From assembly GCA_017541325.1 (NCBI GenBank), contig JAFXZI010000014.1, positions 45,741-109,740 on the forward strand: a stretch of 64,000 nucleotides of DNA, given 5' to 3'. The notes below the pieces were generated by a model. It was given only the letters and a program-made list of their open reading frames with translations, had not been told where the DNA came from and did no database searches. The position numbers and the translations under genes were made by a program. Position 1 is the first letter of the stretch. Each line of letters starts with the position of its first letter. This stretch comes from Bacilli bacterium. Its GTDB lineage: Bacteria > Bacillota_I > Bacilli_A > RF39 > UBA660. Below, piece after piece: positions 28,659-38,517 of this stretch.

Positions 28659-28877
28659 ATGGATAATATTAAAGAAAAGATTGATGAAATCGTAAACAAA
28701 GTTAAAAACGATAAAGATTTCGCTAGTAAATTTCAAAAAGATCCAGTTAAAGCAGTTGAAAGTGTTTTAGGAGTTGATTTACCAGATGATCAAATTAAAA
28801 ATGTTGTAGATGCTGTTAAAACAAAAGTAAACGTTGATAACGCTGGAAGTTTTTTAAAAGGATTATTAAATAAATAA
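28659..28877 (+). CDS. small hypothetical protein (72 aa)
   Basis: ATG at 28659 preceded by AAAGGAG. Candidate sigma-A promoter TTAAAT-16-TATAAT (-10 at 28626-28631). The track start 28623 falls inside the -10 box and is unlikely. Helical and charged, no family recognised. Confidence 0.5.
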   Translation: MDNIKEKIDEIVNKVKNDKDFASKFQKDPVKAVESVLGVDLPDDQIKNVVDAVKTKVNVDNAGSFLKGLLNK

Positions 28878-29288
28878 TCTTTTTTTTTCATTTAAAATAT
28901 CAATTGTTAATTGGTCTAATTCACCATGATAGTACTTATCTAATACTTTTTTATATATTTCTTCATTACTAGCTAAATAAAATAAAGTCATTGAAGATCT
29001 TAATTTTAAAGAATCGACTGTTCCAAAAATATTTATAGGATTTGATGTATCTAACTTCAATAATTCACTACAAATATTTTCTAAATTATTTCTTAAATAA
29101 TCATTATCTAAATACTCTTTAGCTTCATCTAAATCGTTAATTGCATATTCTATAGAAGTAGCTGTTTGTCCAAGGCCTTTTATTTGTGGAAAAATATACC
29201 ACATCCAATGTGTTTCTTTTTTTCCATTTTTAATCTCACTTAAAGCTTGATTATATTTTTGTTTTTGTATTTCTATAAATCTTTCCAT
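28866..29288 (-). CDS. DUF1810-family protein
   Basis: 140 aa. Conserved HWMWYIFPQ(I/L)KGLG block typical of DUF1810. Confidence 0.75.
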   Translation of the reverse strand: MERFIEIQKQKYNQALSEIKNGKKETHWMWYIFPQIKGLGQTATSIEYAINDLDEAKEYLDNDYLRNNLENICSELLKLDTSNPINIFGTVDSLKLRSSMTLFYLASNEEIYKKVLDKYYHGELDQLTIDILNEKKRLFI

Positions 29289-29291
29289 ATC

Positions 29292-29963
29292 TTAAATAAA
29301 ACTACTCTTTTTTCTTTCATTTAAGAATAATATTCCTGTATATAATACAGATAAAAGAAATAAAGAAATAATAATTCCACCAATAATATCAGTAAACCAA
29401 TGTACTCCAGATAATGTTCTTCCTACTACAATTAATATCATTACTATTAAAGATATAGTATCTATATATTTTTTTGTTTTTAAATTAGTTATAAAATACT
29501 TACTAGTTAAAAGTGAACTTCCACAAAAACATAAAGCTAAAATAGTATGACTAGATGGAAATGATGCTTCAAGTTCTCCATCTATTATTACTGGTCTATA
29601 GTTAATAGCTAATTTTTCAAATAAAATATATACTAGTAATACTACTACATAAAAACATCCTAATAATATTAACTTCTTATTTACTTTAAATAAACTTTTC
29701 TTTTGAATTAACTCATATAATCCTATTAATGCATACATTACAACTAATAGTATTGGTACTACTCCAAGATATTTAGTTAATTTATATAAAATATCATTAT
29801 AACCAAATACTTTATGAAAAGATTCATTAATTGTACTTAAACCGACACTAGTATTATTTGGTCCGATTGTTCTAACATCAACATTTTTAATTACTATAAT
29901 ATATAAAATAGATATTATAAGTAAAAATAAACTAATAATTAAAAAAACATATTTCTTTTTCAT
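29292..29963 (-). CDS. PAP2-family membrane phosphatase
   Basis: 223 aa. PAP2 motifs PSSHT and SGVHW..D (RTLSGVHWFTDIIGG), with multiple TM segments. Confidence 0.8.
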   Translation of the reverse strand: MKKKYVFLIISLFLLIISILYIIVIKNVDVRTIGPNNTSVGLSTINESFHKVFGYNDILYKLTKYLGVVPILLVVMYALIGLYELIQKKSLFKVNKKLILLGCFYVVVLLVYILFEKLAINYRPVIIDGELEASFPSSHTILALCFCGSSLLTSKYFITNLKTKKYIDTISLIVMILIVVGRTLSGVHWFTDIIGGIIISLFLLSVLYTGILFLNERKKSSFI

Positions 29964-30011
29964 ATATCCTCCAACTCTAAAATAAGTATATCACAAAATA
30001 ATAAAAAAGAA

Positions 30012-30383
30012 CTAAGAGTTCTTCATATCATTATCAATCCATTTCATTATTAATAAAACTAAATAGTTAATTTGATTATCTGTTAGTTCTACTCCTTTTT
30101 CTATATGATGCCATTTATATAGGCAAGATCTACAACAACATCCGGTAGCATGTTGAGCGATAAATACTGGATGATTTTTCATTGGAGTTTGTTTACCATC
30201 ATTTATAGGATTTTCTGGTTTTAGATTTTTGTTTAAAAAATCATAAGCATGAACACTTATCTTAGAATATCCTTTTTCTTTAACATATTCCTTCATCTTT
30301 TTATTAAGATGAAAACTACTTCTAAATTTAGATTTAGATAATTCTTCTAACTTATTATTAATGATTGCTTCTTTATTATTCAT
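30012..30383 (-). CDS. DUF4186-family protein
   Basis: 123 aa. Cys cluster HATGCCCRSCLYKWHHIEKG typical of DUF4186. Confidence 0.65.
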   Translation of the reverse strand: MNNKEAIINNKLEELSKSKFRSSFHLNKKMKEYVKEKGYSKISVHAYDFLNKNLKPENPINDGKQTPMKNHPVFIAQHATGCCCRSCLYKWHHIEKGVELTDNQINYLVLLIMKWIDNDMKNS

Positions 30384-30384
30384 A

Positions 30385-30579
30385 TTAACTAATTACTTTT
30401 AAGAATATTAGAATAACAGATAAAACAGCAATTAATCCAGTTAGAATCATAGATATATCAATTCTAATAGATAATCCCTTTTTATTATCTTTATTCTTTT
30501 TAAAATATCTTATAAATTCTAAATAAGATAATAGATTTAATACTATTAAAGTAATAATTACAATCATTAATATTTTCAT
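30385..30579 (-). CDS. small membrane protein (64 aa, two TM segments)
   Basis: Stop-free ORF abutting neighbours on both sides. Hydrophobic in both halves. Could be a spurious AT-rich frame. Confidence 0.35.
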   Translation of the reverse strand: MKILMIVIITLIVLNLLSYLEFIRYFKKNKDNKKGLSIRIDISMILTGLIAVLSVILIFLKVIS

Positions 30580-30587
30580 TAGTCCTC

Positions 30588-31526
30588 CTATAGTCTAATT
30601 AATCCTTTTTGAGGATCTTTCTTTTTCTCAAATCCATCTACAGAGTAGTCTCTTTCAGTATCATAATAGAAGAAATATGATTTATCTTTTGCTTTTATAA
30701 CACAAAAATCATCTAATTTTAAATGTTTTTTTCCATAAACAAAACTATCATAATCTTCTTGAGTAAAATCATCTAATAAAACCATATATGGAGCTTTACC
30801 ACAAAAAGAACCAGCCTCGTTATATACATCTACTCCATTAGCCATATCAAGCAAACTATAATCATCTTGTTTATAAGCAGCCATTGAAAAATTATGAACT
30901 TCTCCATCTACTTTTCCACATAAAAAAATAGTAGAAAAATCAAATAGACATAAAATATTAGAAGTCATTGCCGAGTATTCAGTACACATTGCTGCACCAT
31001 TACCTTTATAATCACTTATTCCATGTCCTAGTTTAGGTTCGATATATTTTCCGTCTTTATCAACTAAAACAGTATGCATTTCTTCTCTTGTTATTCCGTT
31101 TATCTTAAAAGCACCCAAATAACTATATAAAAAATCAAATACTATTGGTATCAATTTATATGGACTACTTAAAACTGGTTTTAAATCTCTTAAATAAAGA
31201 CAAAAATCTTTTAGATAGTCTTCACTATCCATATAAAAGTATCTTCCTTTATTACTACCAAAACCACTTCTTCCATCAAGTTCTCCACCATAAACTATTT
31301 TCATACCTTTAGGTATATAATCTATCCAATTATTTATAATATTAAAATTAACTTCTTTATGTTCTGGATCTTTAAATACTTGATGATCAAGCTCTATTTC
31401 ATATCCAATAACATCATAATGTCCATTATAAGTTATAGATGCATTTGTTAATTCTTGTATTCTTGTAGTTAGAATCTCATCTAATTCTTCATCTTTACAA
31501 TTAAGAATCCTTTCCAAAAAATCCAT
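30588..31526 (-). CDS. hypothetical cytoplasmic protein with a transglutaminase-like cysteine-protease signature
   Basis: 312 aa, no signal peptide. G-x-C-x-x-Y-S-A motif (GAAMCTEYSAM) followed ~30 aa later by His (GEVHNFSMAAY) and Asp (DDYSLLD), the Cys-His-Asp order of the TGc/papain-like fold. Confidence 0.45.
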   Translation of the reverse strand: MDFLERILNCKDEELDEILTTRIQELTNASITYNGHYDVIGYEIELDHQVFKDPEHKEVNFNIINNWIDYIPKGMKIVYGGELDGRSGFGSNKGRYFYMDSEDYLKDFCLYLRDLKPVLSSPYKLIPIVFDFLYSYLGAFKINGITREEMHTVLVDKDGKYIEPKLGHGISDYKGNGAAMCTEYSAMTSNILCLFDFSTIFLCGKVDGEVHNFSMAAYKQDDYSLLDMANGVDVYNEAGSFCGKAPYMVLLDDFTQEDYDSFVYGKKHLKLDDFCVIKAKDKSYFFYYDTERDYSVDGFEKKKDPQKGLIRL

Positions 31527-31544
31527 AACCCCACCTCTAAATAA

Positions 31545-31892
31545 TTAGTCTTTTTTCATAAAATTAATTAATTCTAAATCAGGATCATCTTTTTGATGAT
31601 ATTCCTCTCTAGTTTTTTCATATAATCCATTTAATCTTTTACTTATAAAAATATCTATTTGTCTATCAGTTAATCTTTTTTCTTTATTAAGAAGTTTTAT
31701 TTCATCTTCATCCATATCTTCTTCATAAAAACTATCTTTTAATAATCTTTTCATCTCTTCATCAGATAAACCTTTATATTTTAATTTATGTTCTTTACAC
31801 TCTAGAGTTAATTCTTTATGATTCATTTTATTTACTTGATCTCTGTAATCTCTAGCAAGTTTAAGTTCTAGTCCTCCCCATTTATCGTTCAT
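31545..31892 (-). CDS. small charged hypothetical protein (115 aa)
   Basis: Stop-free ORF between radC (19-nt gap) and the TGc-like gene (18-nt gap). K/E/D-rich, no motif recognised. Confidence 0.45.
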   Translation of the reverse strand: MNDKWGGLELKLARDYRDQVNKMNHKELTLECKEHKLKYKGLSDEEMKRLLKDSFYEEDMDEDEIKLLNKEKRLTDRQIDIFISKRLNGLYEKTREEYHQKDDPDLELINFMKKD

Positions 31893-31911
31893 ACTATCCC
31901 TCCTAAATCTA

Positions 31912-32574
31912 TTATAAACTATTTTTATTATCTAAAAAACTAAAATAAGTATTATTGCCAATAATTATATGATCTAGTACCGGTATATTTTGTACTTCTC
32001 CAATACCAATAATTGCTTGAGTAAGTTTAATATCTTCTCTTGATGGAGTAACATCTCCACTTGGATGATTATGAATACATATTATTCCTGATGCTGACAA
32101 TAAATAAGCATATTTAAATATTTCTCTAGGATGAACTACACTTTTATTAATAGTTCCAATAAATAATAATTTCTTATCTATTACAATATTCTTATTATTT
32201 AAATAAATACAATAAAAAAGTTCTTGTTTTTGATTATCAAACAAATACTTATAATTATTATAAATATCCATAGATCTTTTTATTTTAATAGAACTAATAC
32301 TAATATCACTATTTATTCTTTTAGATAGTTCTATTATAGCCATTACTTCTATTGCTTTTACTTTACCTATTCCTTTAATAGATAATAATTTGTTATATGT
32401 TAGATCTTTTAAATTACCTAAAAGTAATATTTCATTAGATAAATCTTTAACTGATTTATTCTTAGTACCACATCTAATAATAATAGATAGTAACTCTCCT
32501 GTTGATAATTTATCTATTCCGTCTATTAATGCTCTTTCTCTCGGTCTTTCAAGTATTGGTAATTCTTTTATCAT
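31912..32574 (-). CDS. radC: RadC-family JAB-domain protein (UPF0758)
   Basis: 220 aa. N-terminal HhH region, C-terminal JAMM motif IICIHNHPSGDVTPSREDIKLT. Confidence 0.9.
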   Translation of the reverse strand: MIKELPILERPRERALIDGIDKLSTGELLSIIIRCGTKNKSVKDLSNEILLLGNLKDLTYNKLLSIKGIGKVKAIEVMAIIELSKRINSDISISSIKIKRSMDIYNNYKYLFDNQKQELFYCIYLNNKNIVIDKKLLFIGTINKSVVHPREIFKYAYLLSASGIICIHNHPSGDVTPSREDIKLTQAIIGIGEVQNIPVLDHIIIGNNTYFSFLDNKNSL

Positions 32575-32663
32575 AATTCACCTCTATTAGTATTATTATC
32601 TTTAAATACTAATTTTACTTATTTTATTTTTAAAGTATAATATTAGAAAAAGGAGGAATTCTT

Positions 32664-33764
32664 ATGAAAACTATTGGTATTATTTGTGAATATAATCCAT
32701 TTCATAATGGTCATATTTATCATATTAATAAAATAAAAGAATTATTTCCTGATTCTTTAATCGTTTTAGTAGTTACTAACAATTTTACTGAACGCGGAAG
32801 TATAAGCGTTTTAAATAAAAAAGAAAAAACAGAAATTGCTCTTAATCATAATATAGATTTAGTAGTAGAATTACCATTTAAATTTGCTTGTTCTAGTGCT
32901 GATACTTTTGCAGAAGGATCTATAAAAATACTTAAAGAATTAAAAGTAGATTATTTAGTCTTTGGTAGTGAATCAAATAATATAGATAAATTAATTAATC
33001 TAGCTAATATTCAATTAAAAAGCAAAGAGTATTCTAGTTTAGTTAAATCTTATCTAAAAGAAGGAATTAATTATCCAACTGCTTTATCTAAAGCATTAAA
33101 AGAAATAACAAATACAACTGTTGAAGAACCAAATGATCTATTAGGTCTTTCTTATGTTAAAGAAATAATTAAACAAAAAACAAATATTAACGCAATAACT
33201 ATAAAAAGAAGTAATGATTATCACAAAAGTTCTACAGATATTAGAAATAGTTTAAATAAAAATAGTATAAAAGAATTTGTTCCTGATGATGTATACAAAG
33301 TACTTAAGAATAAAAAAGATATTGATTACTTTAAATATATAAAATATAAAATATTAACAGATAAAGATTTATCTATATATTTAGATGTAGATGAAGGTAT
33401 AGAAAATAGATTATTAAAATATATAAATGAGTGTAATAATTTAGATGATTTTATAAAACATATAAAGACCAAAAGATATACTTATAATAAGATTAATAGA
33501 ATGTTAATACATATATTAACTTCTTATACAAAAATAGATAATAATACAAATTTAGATTATATTAGAATACTCGGATTTAATAAATTAGGAAAAGAATACT
33601 TAAATAAGATAAAGAAAGATATTAATGTACCAGTAATAACTAATATAAAAAAGAAAGATGAAGTATTATTAAATACAGATATTAAAGTAGAAAAAATATA
33701 TAGTTTAATAACAAATAATGATCTTAATAGTTATAAAGATCCAGTAATATATTTAGATAAATAA
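32664..33764 (+). CDS. tmcAL: tRNA(Met) cytidine acetate ligase (YlbM/UPF0348 nucleotidyltransferase)
   Basis: 366 aa. N-terminus MKTIGIICEYNPFHNGHIYHI (HxGH of the family). AAAGGAGG RBS. Candidate promoter TTTTAC-16-TATAAT at 32614-32641. Confidence 0.85.
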   Translation: MKTIGIICEYNPFHNGHIYHINKIKELFPDSLIVLVVTNNFTERGSISVLNKKEKTEIALNHNIDLVVELPFKFACSSADTFAEGSIKILKELKVDYLVFGSESNNIDKLINLANIQLKSKEYSSLVKSYLKEGINYPTALSKALKEITNTTVEEPNDLLGLSYVKEIIKQKTNINAITIKRSNDYHKSSTDIRNSLNKNSIKEFVPDDVYKVLKNKKDIDYFKYIKYKILTDKDLSIYLDVDEGIENRLLKYINECNNLDDFIKHIKTKRYTYNKINRMLIHILTSYTKIDNNTNLDYIRILGFNKLGKEYLNKIKKDINVPVITNIKKKDEVLLNTDIKVEKIYSLITNNDLNSYKDPVIYLDK

Positions 33765-33796
33765 AAAAAGGAAGTTTAATTACTTCCTTTTTATTA

Positions 33797-36700
33797 TTAA
33801 TAGTAAACAGTTGCTCCGTTACATGCTACATCTCCATAAGAAGCTGTACATGAGCTTGTTGGATAATATGTACCTGTTCCTGACCAACCATTCCATATTT
33901 TACATCCCCAAGCTGCACTATAACATGATTTTGCACATGTATCACATACAAACTCGGTTGTAGATTGATAATGACATGTACAGAATTGTTGTGAATCATC
34001 AGTACCTGTTCCTGTATCAGAACAAGAACATACGTGAGGACTACAGAACGCTCTACATCTTGCTTCAGCTCCTGTACCTCTAAAGGCATTGTCTATTGTT
34101 TTTCCAACACAGTTACAATCTTCTGTTCCACATACACTTGAACTTGGTCCACCCCAATTATGTTGATAACATGTATTCTTTTGATACATATATGCTGATG
34201 ATACAGATACAGTACAACTATTTGTTAGCCCTGCACCGTTTGTACATGTATATGTTTTATCAGATGTTTGATTAGTATTTGAGAAAGAAGCTGTTACAAC
34301 ACCACTTGTACCGTCTGCACATGTTGCTCCTGTTGTTACCCCATTTGAATGATATTGATGGGATTTACTTGGTGTACATGACGGAACAGATGCATCTCTC
34401 TTAAATTTTATTGAACATGTATTAGTGTTTCCAGCATTATCTTTTATATGTCCTGTATATGTTACACTTTTTGTATCAGTAGTATGTGATGCTGTTTTGC
34501 TTCCAGTTACTGAATCTATTCCATATGATGCTGTTCCACTTAAGTCATCTCCAGTATTACCTTTTCCACTTACAAAGCTAACACTTACATTTGATGTATA
34601 CCAATTATCATTTCCAACTGTTCCAGATGTAGTTAACTTACAATATGGTTTTGTTTTATCTAGTTTAAACCAAATCTCACATTTATTTGTTCTTCCTGCT
34701 TTATCCTTTATATATCCATAATATGTTATTCCTGATGTTGTTGTATTAGTAGATTGTGTTTTCTTTGTGCTTTTATTATAACTTGGCGTTGCTGATGTTG
34801 TTATATCCCATGATGCTTTATCACTCATTGAATTATCTTTTTTAACATCTTCATATTTTTTAAATGTTACATCTACATTTCCTTCTTTATACCAATTATT
34901 ATCTCCTTTAGTACCAGTAAGTTGTAATTCACATGTAGGATTTTGTGAATCTTTTTTAACTACACTACTACAATCTTTTAAGTTTCCAGCATTATCTCTT
35001 ACATATCCATACCATGTATGACTTGTTGTATCTTTTGTTTGAGTTCCTGTATCATTTCCATTATATTCTAATCCACTTGAATTTTTTAATCCATAGTTTC
35101 TTGTTCCTGATTTTGTATATTTATTTGCAATTTCAGCATTATCATCTTTTGTTAATTTAACTGGAACATTTTCCCAGAAATAATCATTTTCATGTCTTAC
35201 GACTCTATCACTACCAAATGTTATTGTACATTTTGGCTCTGTTTTATCTATATTTGTTATTTCTCTTGTTTCTGGTAAACTTTCATTTCCTGATGTATCT
35301 TTTACTTTCATTATTACTGTTGCAAGAGTTGGATAAGTATAACTATTATCTTTTTGCCATGGATTATTATCAAATTTGTAGTCTCCTCTTCCTGATACTG
35401 AGTCTGTTGCATTTATATATAATGTTACATCTCTATTTGTATAATATCCTACTGTATCATCTCTTGTTAATAATTCTATTCTTGTTACATTATTTAACTC
35501 TGTTGCACTTGCAAATGATATTTCTAAATTACTAAATGAAGTTGGAGTTGCAAAATAGTTTCTTGCCTTTGATGTTGATGTTGGAATTGTTACAGTTAAT
35601 GTTTTATTTTTTACTGTATCTTTTATTGTTGCAGTTCCACCCTTTCCTGATGCCATATATACATATACTCCATATATATTACCGTACTCACCAGTTATGC
35701 TCGTTAAACTAATTTTTGTTGATGTTTTAGAAGCAAGTAAATCAGCTTTATCTTTTTCTGTACCTACTCCATATACTACTGTTCCATAGTCTATTGATTT
35801 AATAACTGGAATTACTGGATCATATGGAATTTCTCTATAACATGTTCCTACATTTCCAGCATTATCTTTTACATATCCATATACTGTTGTTATACCATCT
35901 TGTACTTCATATTCTGTTTCTTTATTAAAGTCGTAATTACTTCTACTAACTCCCATTCCATATGTTGCAATTCCACTTGTATCTCTTTCATCTACTTTTA
36001 ATTTAACTACTGGTCTTGGACTTGCTTTATACCATCCATTTTCCCCCATAGTTCCTTCAACTTCTAATGTACATTTTGGTGGTGTTTTATCAATATAAAC
36101 ATCTACTGGACACGCATTTGTTTTTCCAGCATTATCGGCAATTGTTATTGTTCCAGTTTCTCCTTCTTCAGTGAACTTCTTTGTAAACGTATCTTGAACA
36201 CATCCTGTACAATTATCACTACATCCAATAGTTATAGTTCTATCTTTATTTGTCCACACTTTAGAATCTCCTTGTGCAACACCACAAAGAGGAGGTTCAT
36301 CATCCATTTCTTCAGTACAAACACGTTGTGGTGGAATTCTTTTACTTAAATCTTCACATTTTCCTGATTGATAATCTCCACAAACTAAACATACTTCATA
36401 TGATAAATTTGTTATGTTTGGTCCTTCATTTTTAACTAAAACGAAACTTTGGAAAGGATCACAATCTTTAGAATCATCTTTAGGATCTCTTAACTTATTT
36501 GAATATCCTGTAGATATTAATTCTGATAAAGTTACTTTTTTATACTTATCTACTCCAGGAATGCAAATAGTATCATTTTTTTCTACACATTCAGTCATTA
36601 GATTTTGTGCAGAAACCTTCATATCAGCTTCATACATTTTATAAGTATTATTTCTTGTATCAATTATGTACCTTGAAATAGCAGGGAATAATAAACCCAT

Positions 36701-36943
36701 TAATAAACCTAGCAATACTACTACTGCTAGCATTTCTATCAAAGTAAAACCAAAACCAATTGTACCATTCTTTTTTTCATGTTTCTTTGGAGTTTGGTCT
36801 TTTCTTTTTATATTTGTTTGTAAAACTTTAATATCTTTTTTAGGTTTTTTAGTAGTTTTTGCTTCATTAGTAACCTTTTTTGTAATCTTTTTATTGTTAA
36901 TACTACTACTTTGTCCCCTTTTTTTAGTTTTATTCTCACTCAT
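33797..36943 (-). CDS. giant surface protein: K-rich 62-aa leader plus prepilin-like GFTLIE hydrophobic segment, ~100-aa Cys-pair repeat modules, extremely Cys-rich C-terminal domain
   Basis: 1048 aa. ...KKNGTIGFGF|TLIEMLAVVVLLGLLMGLLFPAIS pilin-type N-terminal domain. Four modules each ending YGY[VI][KR]D[NK]AG[NR]-x3-C (VYGYVKDNAGNVGTC, WYGYVRDNAGNLKDC, YYGYIKDKAGRTNKC, YTGHIKDNAGNTNTC). The last ~150 aa contain ~30 Cys and are Gly/Ser/Thr-rich. Confidence 0.7.
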   Translation of the reverse strand: MSENKTKKRGQSSSINNKKITKKVTNEAKTTKKPKKDIKVLQTNIKRKDQTPKKHEKKNGTIGFGFTLIEMLAVVVLLGLLMGLLFPAISRYIIDTRNNTYKMYEADMKVSAQNLMTECVEKNDTICIPGVDKYKKVTLSELISTGYSNKLRDPKDDSKDCDPFQSFVLVKNEGPNITNLSYEVCLVCGDYQSGKCEDLSKRIPPQRVCTEEMDDEPPLCGVAQGDSKVWTNKDRTITIGCSDNCTGCVQDTFTKKFTEEGETGTITIADNAGKTNACPVDVYIDKTPPKCTLEVEGTMGENGWYKASPRPVVKLKVDERDTSGIATYGMGVSRSNYDFNKETEYEVQDGITTVYGYVKDNAGNVGTCYREIPYDPVIPVIKSIDYGTVVYGVGTEKDKADLLASKTSTKISLTSITGEYGNIYGVYVYMASGKGGTATIKDTVKNKTLTVTIPTSTSKARNYFATPTSFSNLEISFASATELNNVTRIELLTRDDTVGYYTNRDVTLYINATDSVSGRGDYKFDNNPWQKDNSYTYPTLATVIMKVKDTSGNESLPETREITNIDKTEPKCTITFGSDRVVRHENDYFWENVPVKLTKDDNAEIANKYTKSGTRNYGLKNSSGLEYNGNDTGTQTKDTTSHTWYGYVRDNAGNLKDCSSVVKKDSQNPTCELQLTGTKGDNNWYKEGNVDVTFKKYEDVKKDNSMSDKASWDITTSATPSYNKSTKKTQSTNTTTSGITYYGYIKDKAGRTNKCEIWFKLDKTKPYCKLTTSGTVGNDNWYTSNVSVSFVSGKGNTGDDLSGTASYGIDSVTGSKTASHTTDTKSVTYTGHIKDNAGNTNTCSIKFKRDASVPSCTPSKSHQYHSNGVTTGATCADGTSGVVTASFSNTNQTSDKTYTCTNGAGLTNSCTVSVSSAYMYQKNTCYQHNWGGPSSSVCGTEDCNCVGKTIDNAFRGTGAEARCRAFCSPHVCSCSDTGTGTDDSQQFCTCHYQSTTEFVCDTCAKSCYSAAWGCKIWNGWSGTGTYYPTSSCTASYGDVACNGATVYY

Positions 36944-36999
36944 AGTATCACCTACTATAACAATTATATCAAAAATAGTATAAAAAAAGAAATATAATA

Positions 37000-38412
37000 T
37001 TATATTTCTTCTATTTTTATAAAATTAGTTTCATTTGGCTTACCACGTCTATGAATTCCACCTGTAATAATTATTACATCACCTTTTTCTAAGTCTAAAA
37101 TCTTTTGAGAAGTTTTACGTGATATTTCAGTTAATTCATTAAAATCATCAACTACTGGAACCACTACTGGTATAACACCAAAAGCAAGAGATAGTTTTCT
37201 CGCAACATCTTCTGTTGGAGTTGGTGCAACAATAATTGGTTTTGGTTTTAAATTACTCATTACTCTTGCACTATGTCCTCCCATAGTAGGAACTACTACT
37301 GCTTTAGCATCAACTTCTGTAATACTTGCAACAACTGCTTTAGCTACAGCTGCAGTTATAGCTTTATCATGTTCATATTCAAAATAATAATCATAATCGT
37401 AATTATTTTCTGCTTCACGACAAATTCTACTCATATATGAAACTGCTTCAACCGGATGAAGACCTACTGTTGTTTCAGCACTAAGCATTACAGCATCACA
37501 TCCATCTAACACGGCATTAGCAACATCAGTTACTTCTGCTCTTGTTGGACGAGGTGCTTTTTCCATAGAAGCAAGCATTTCAGTAGCAACTATACATATT
37601 TTTCCTTTTTCACGACATTTTTGTACTAACATCTTTTGAATAATAGGTAATCTTTCAACAGGAATTTCTACTCCTAAATCTCCTCTTGCTACCATTATTC
37701 CATCTGATGAATCAATTATTTCATCAATGTTTTCTAGTGCTGTTTCGTTTTCTATTTTAGATATTATTTGCATTGTACTATTATTATTATCAAGAACTTC
37801 TCTAACTTTTAATATATCTTCTTTACTACTTACAAAAGAAAGTGCTATAAAGTCTCCATTTTTACTACAAGCATAAGTAATATCATTAAAATCGTTTTCA
37901 GACATAAACGGAAGATGAAGATCTCTTCCTGGAACTGATACTCCTTTATGAGATGATACTTCTCCACCACTAATTACCTTACATGTTATACCATCTTTTT
38001 CAACAGATACTACTTTTAAAACTATTAAACCATCATTTATTAAAACAGTATCATCTACTTTTATATTTTTAATAACTTCATTATGATTAACTAATAAACC
38101 ATTTTTAGTACCAATTGAACCTTTTTTTACAATACGGATATTTTCTCCTTCTACAAGATTAATACATCCATTTTCAACATCTAATAATCTAAAATCAGGT
38201 CCTTTTGTATCAAATAAAATACCAATTTGTTTTTTAGATTTTTCTCTTACTTTTTCAACTAGTTCTACTACTTTATCATATTCTTCATAAGTACCATGAG
38301 AAAAATTAACTCTTACTACGTCCATTCCTTCATTTACTAAACTTGTAAGAATTTCAACATTTTCAGTAGCTGGTCCAATACTAGCAATTATTTTAGTTCT
38401 TTTAATATCCAT
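37000..38412 (-). CDS. pyk: pyruvate kinase
   Basis: MDIKRTKIIASIGPATENVEILTSLVNEGMDVVRVNFSHG... is canonical. Start placed at ATGGAT (AGGTGA RBS 6 nt upstream) rather than the track start at 38430. Confidence 0.95.
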   Translation of the reverse strand: MDIKRTKIIASIGPATENVEILTSLVNEGMDVVRVNFSHGTYEEYDKVVELVEKVREKSKKQIGILFDTKGPDFRLLDVENGCINLVEGENIRIVKKGSIGTKNGLLVNHNEVIKNIKVDDTVLINDGLIVLKVVSVEKDGITCKVISGGEVSSHKGVSVPGRDLHLPFMSENDFNDITYACSKNGDFIALSFVSSKEDILKVREVLDNNNSTMQIISKIENETALENIDEIIDSSDGIMVARGDLGVEIPVERLPIIQKMLVQKCREKGKICIVATEMLASMEKAPRPTRAEVTDVANAVLDGCDAVMLSAETTVGLHPVEAVSYMSRICREAENNYDYDYYFEYEHDKAITAAVAKAVVASITEVDAKAVVVPTMGGHSARVMSNLKPKPIIVAPTPTEDVARKLSLAFGVIPVVVPVVDDFNELTEISRKTSQKILDLEKGDVIIITGGIHRRGKPNETNFIKIEEI

Positions 38413-38490
38413 ATTATCACCTATTATCATTATATATCATTTATTACAAAAACAATTTAAAAAGAAGAATCTACTTGTAAAAATTGACAT

Positions 38491-38517
38491 AAAAAAGGAC
38501 TTAATCTCTAAGTCCTA
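38491..38517 (-). terminator. rho-independent terminator at the aspS stop (end of hisS-aspS operon)
   Basis: aaggactta(atctc)taagtcct hairpin; the minus transcript continues with UUUUUUAUG. Confidence 0.5.
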
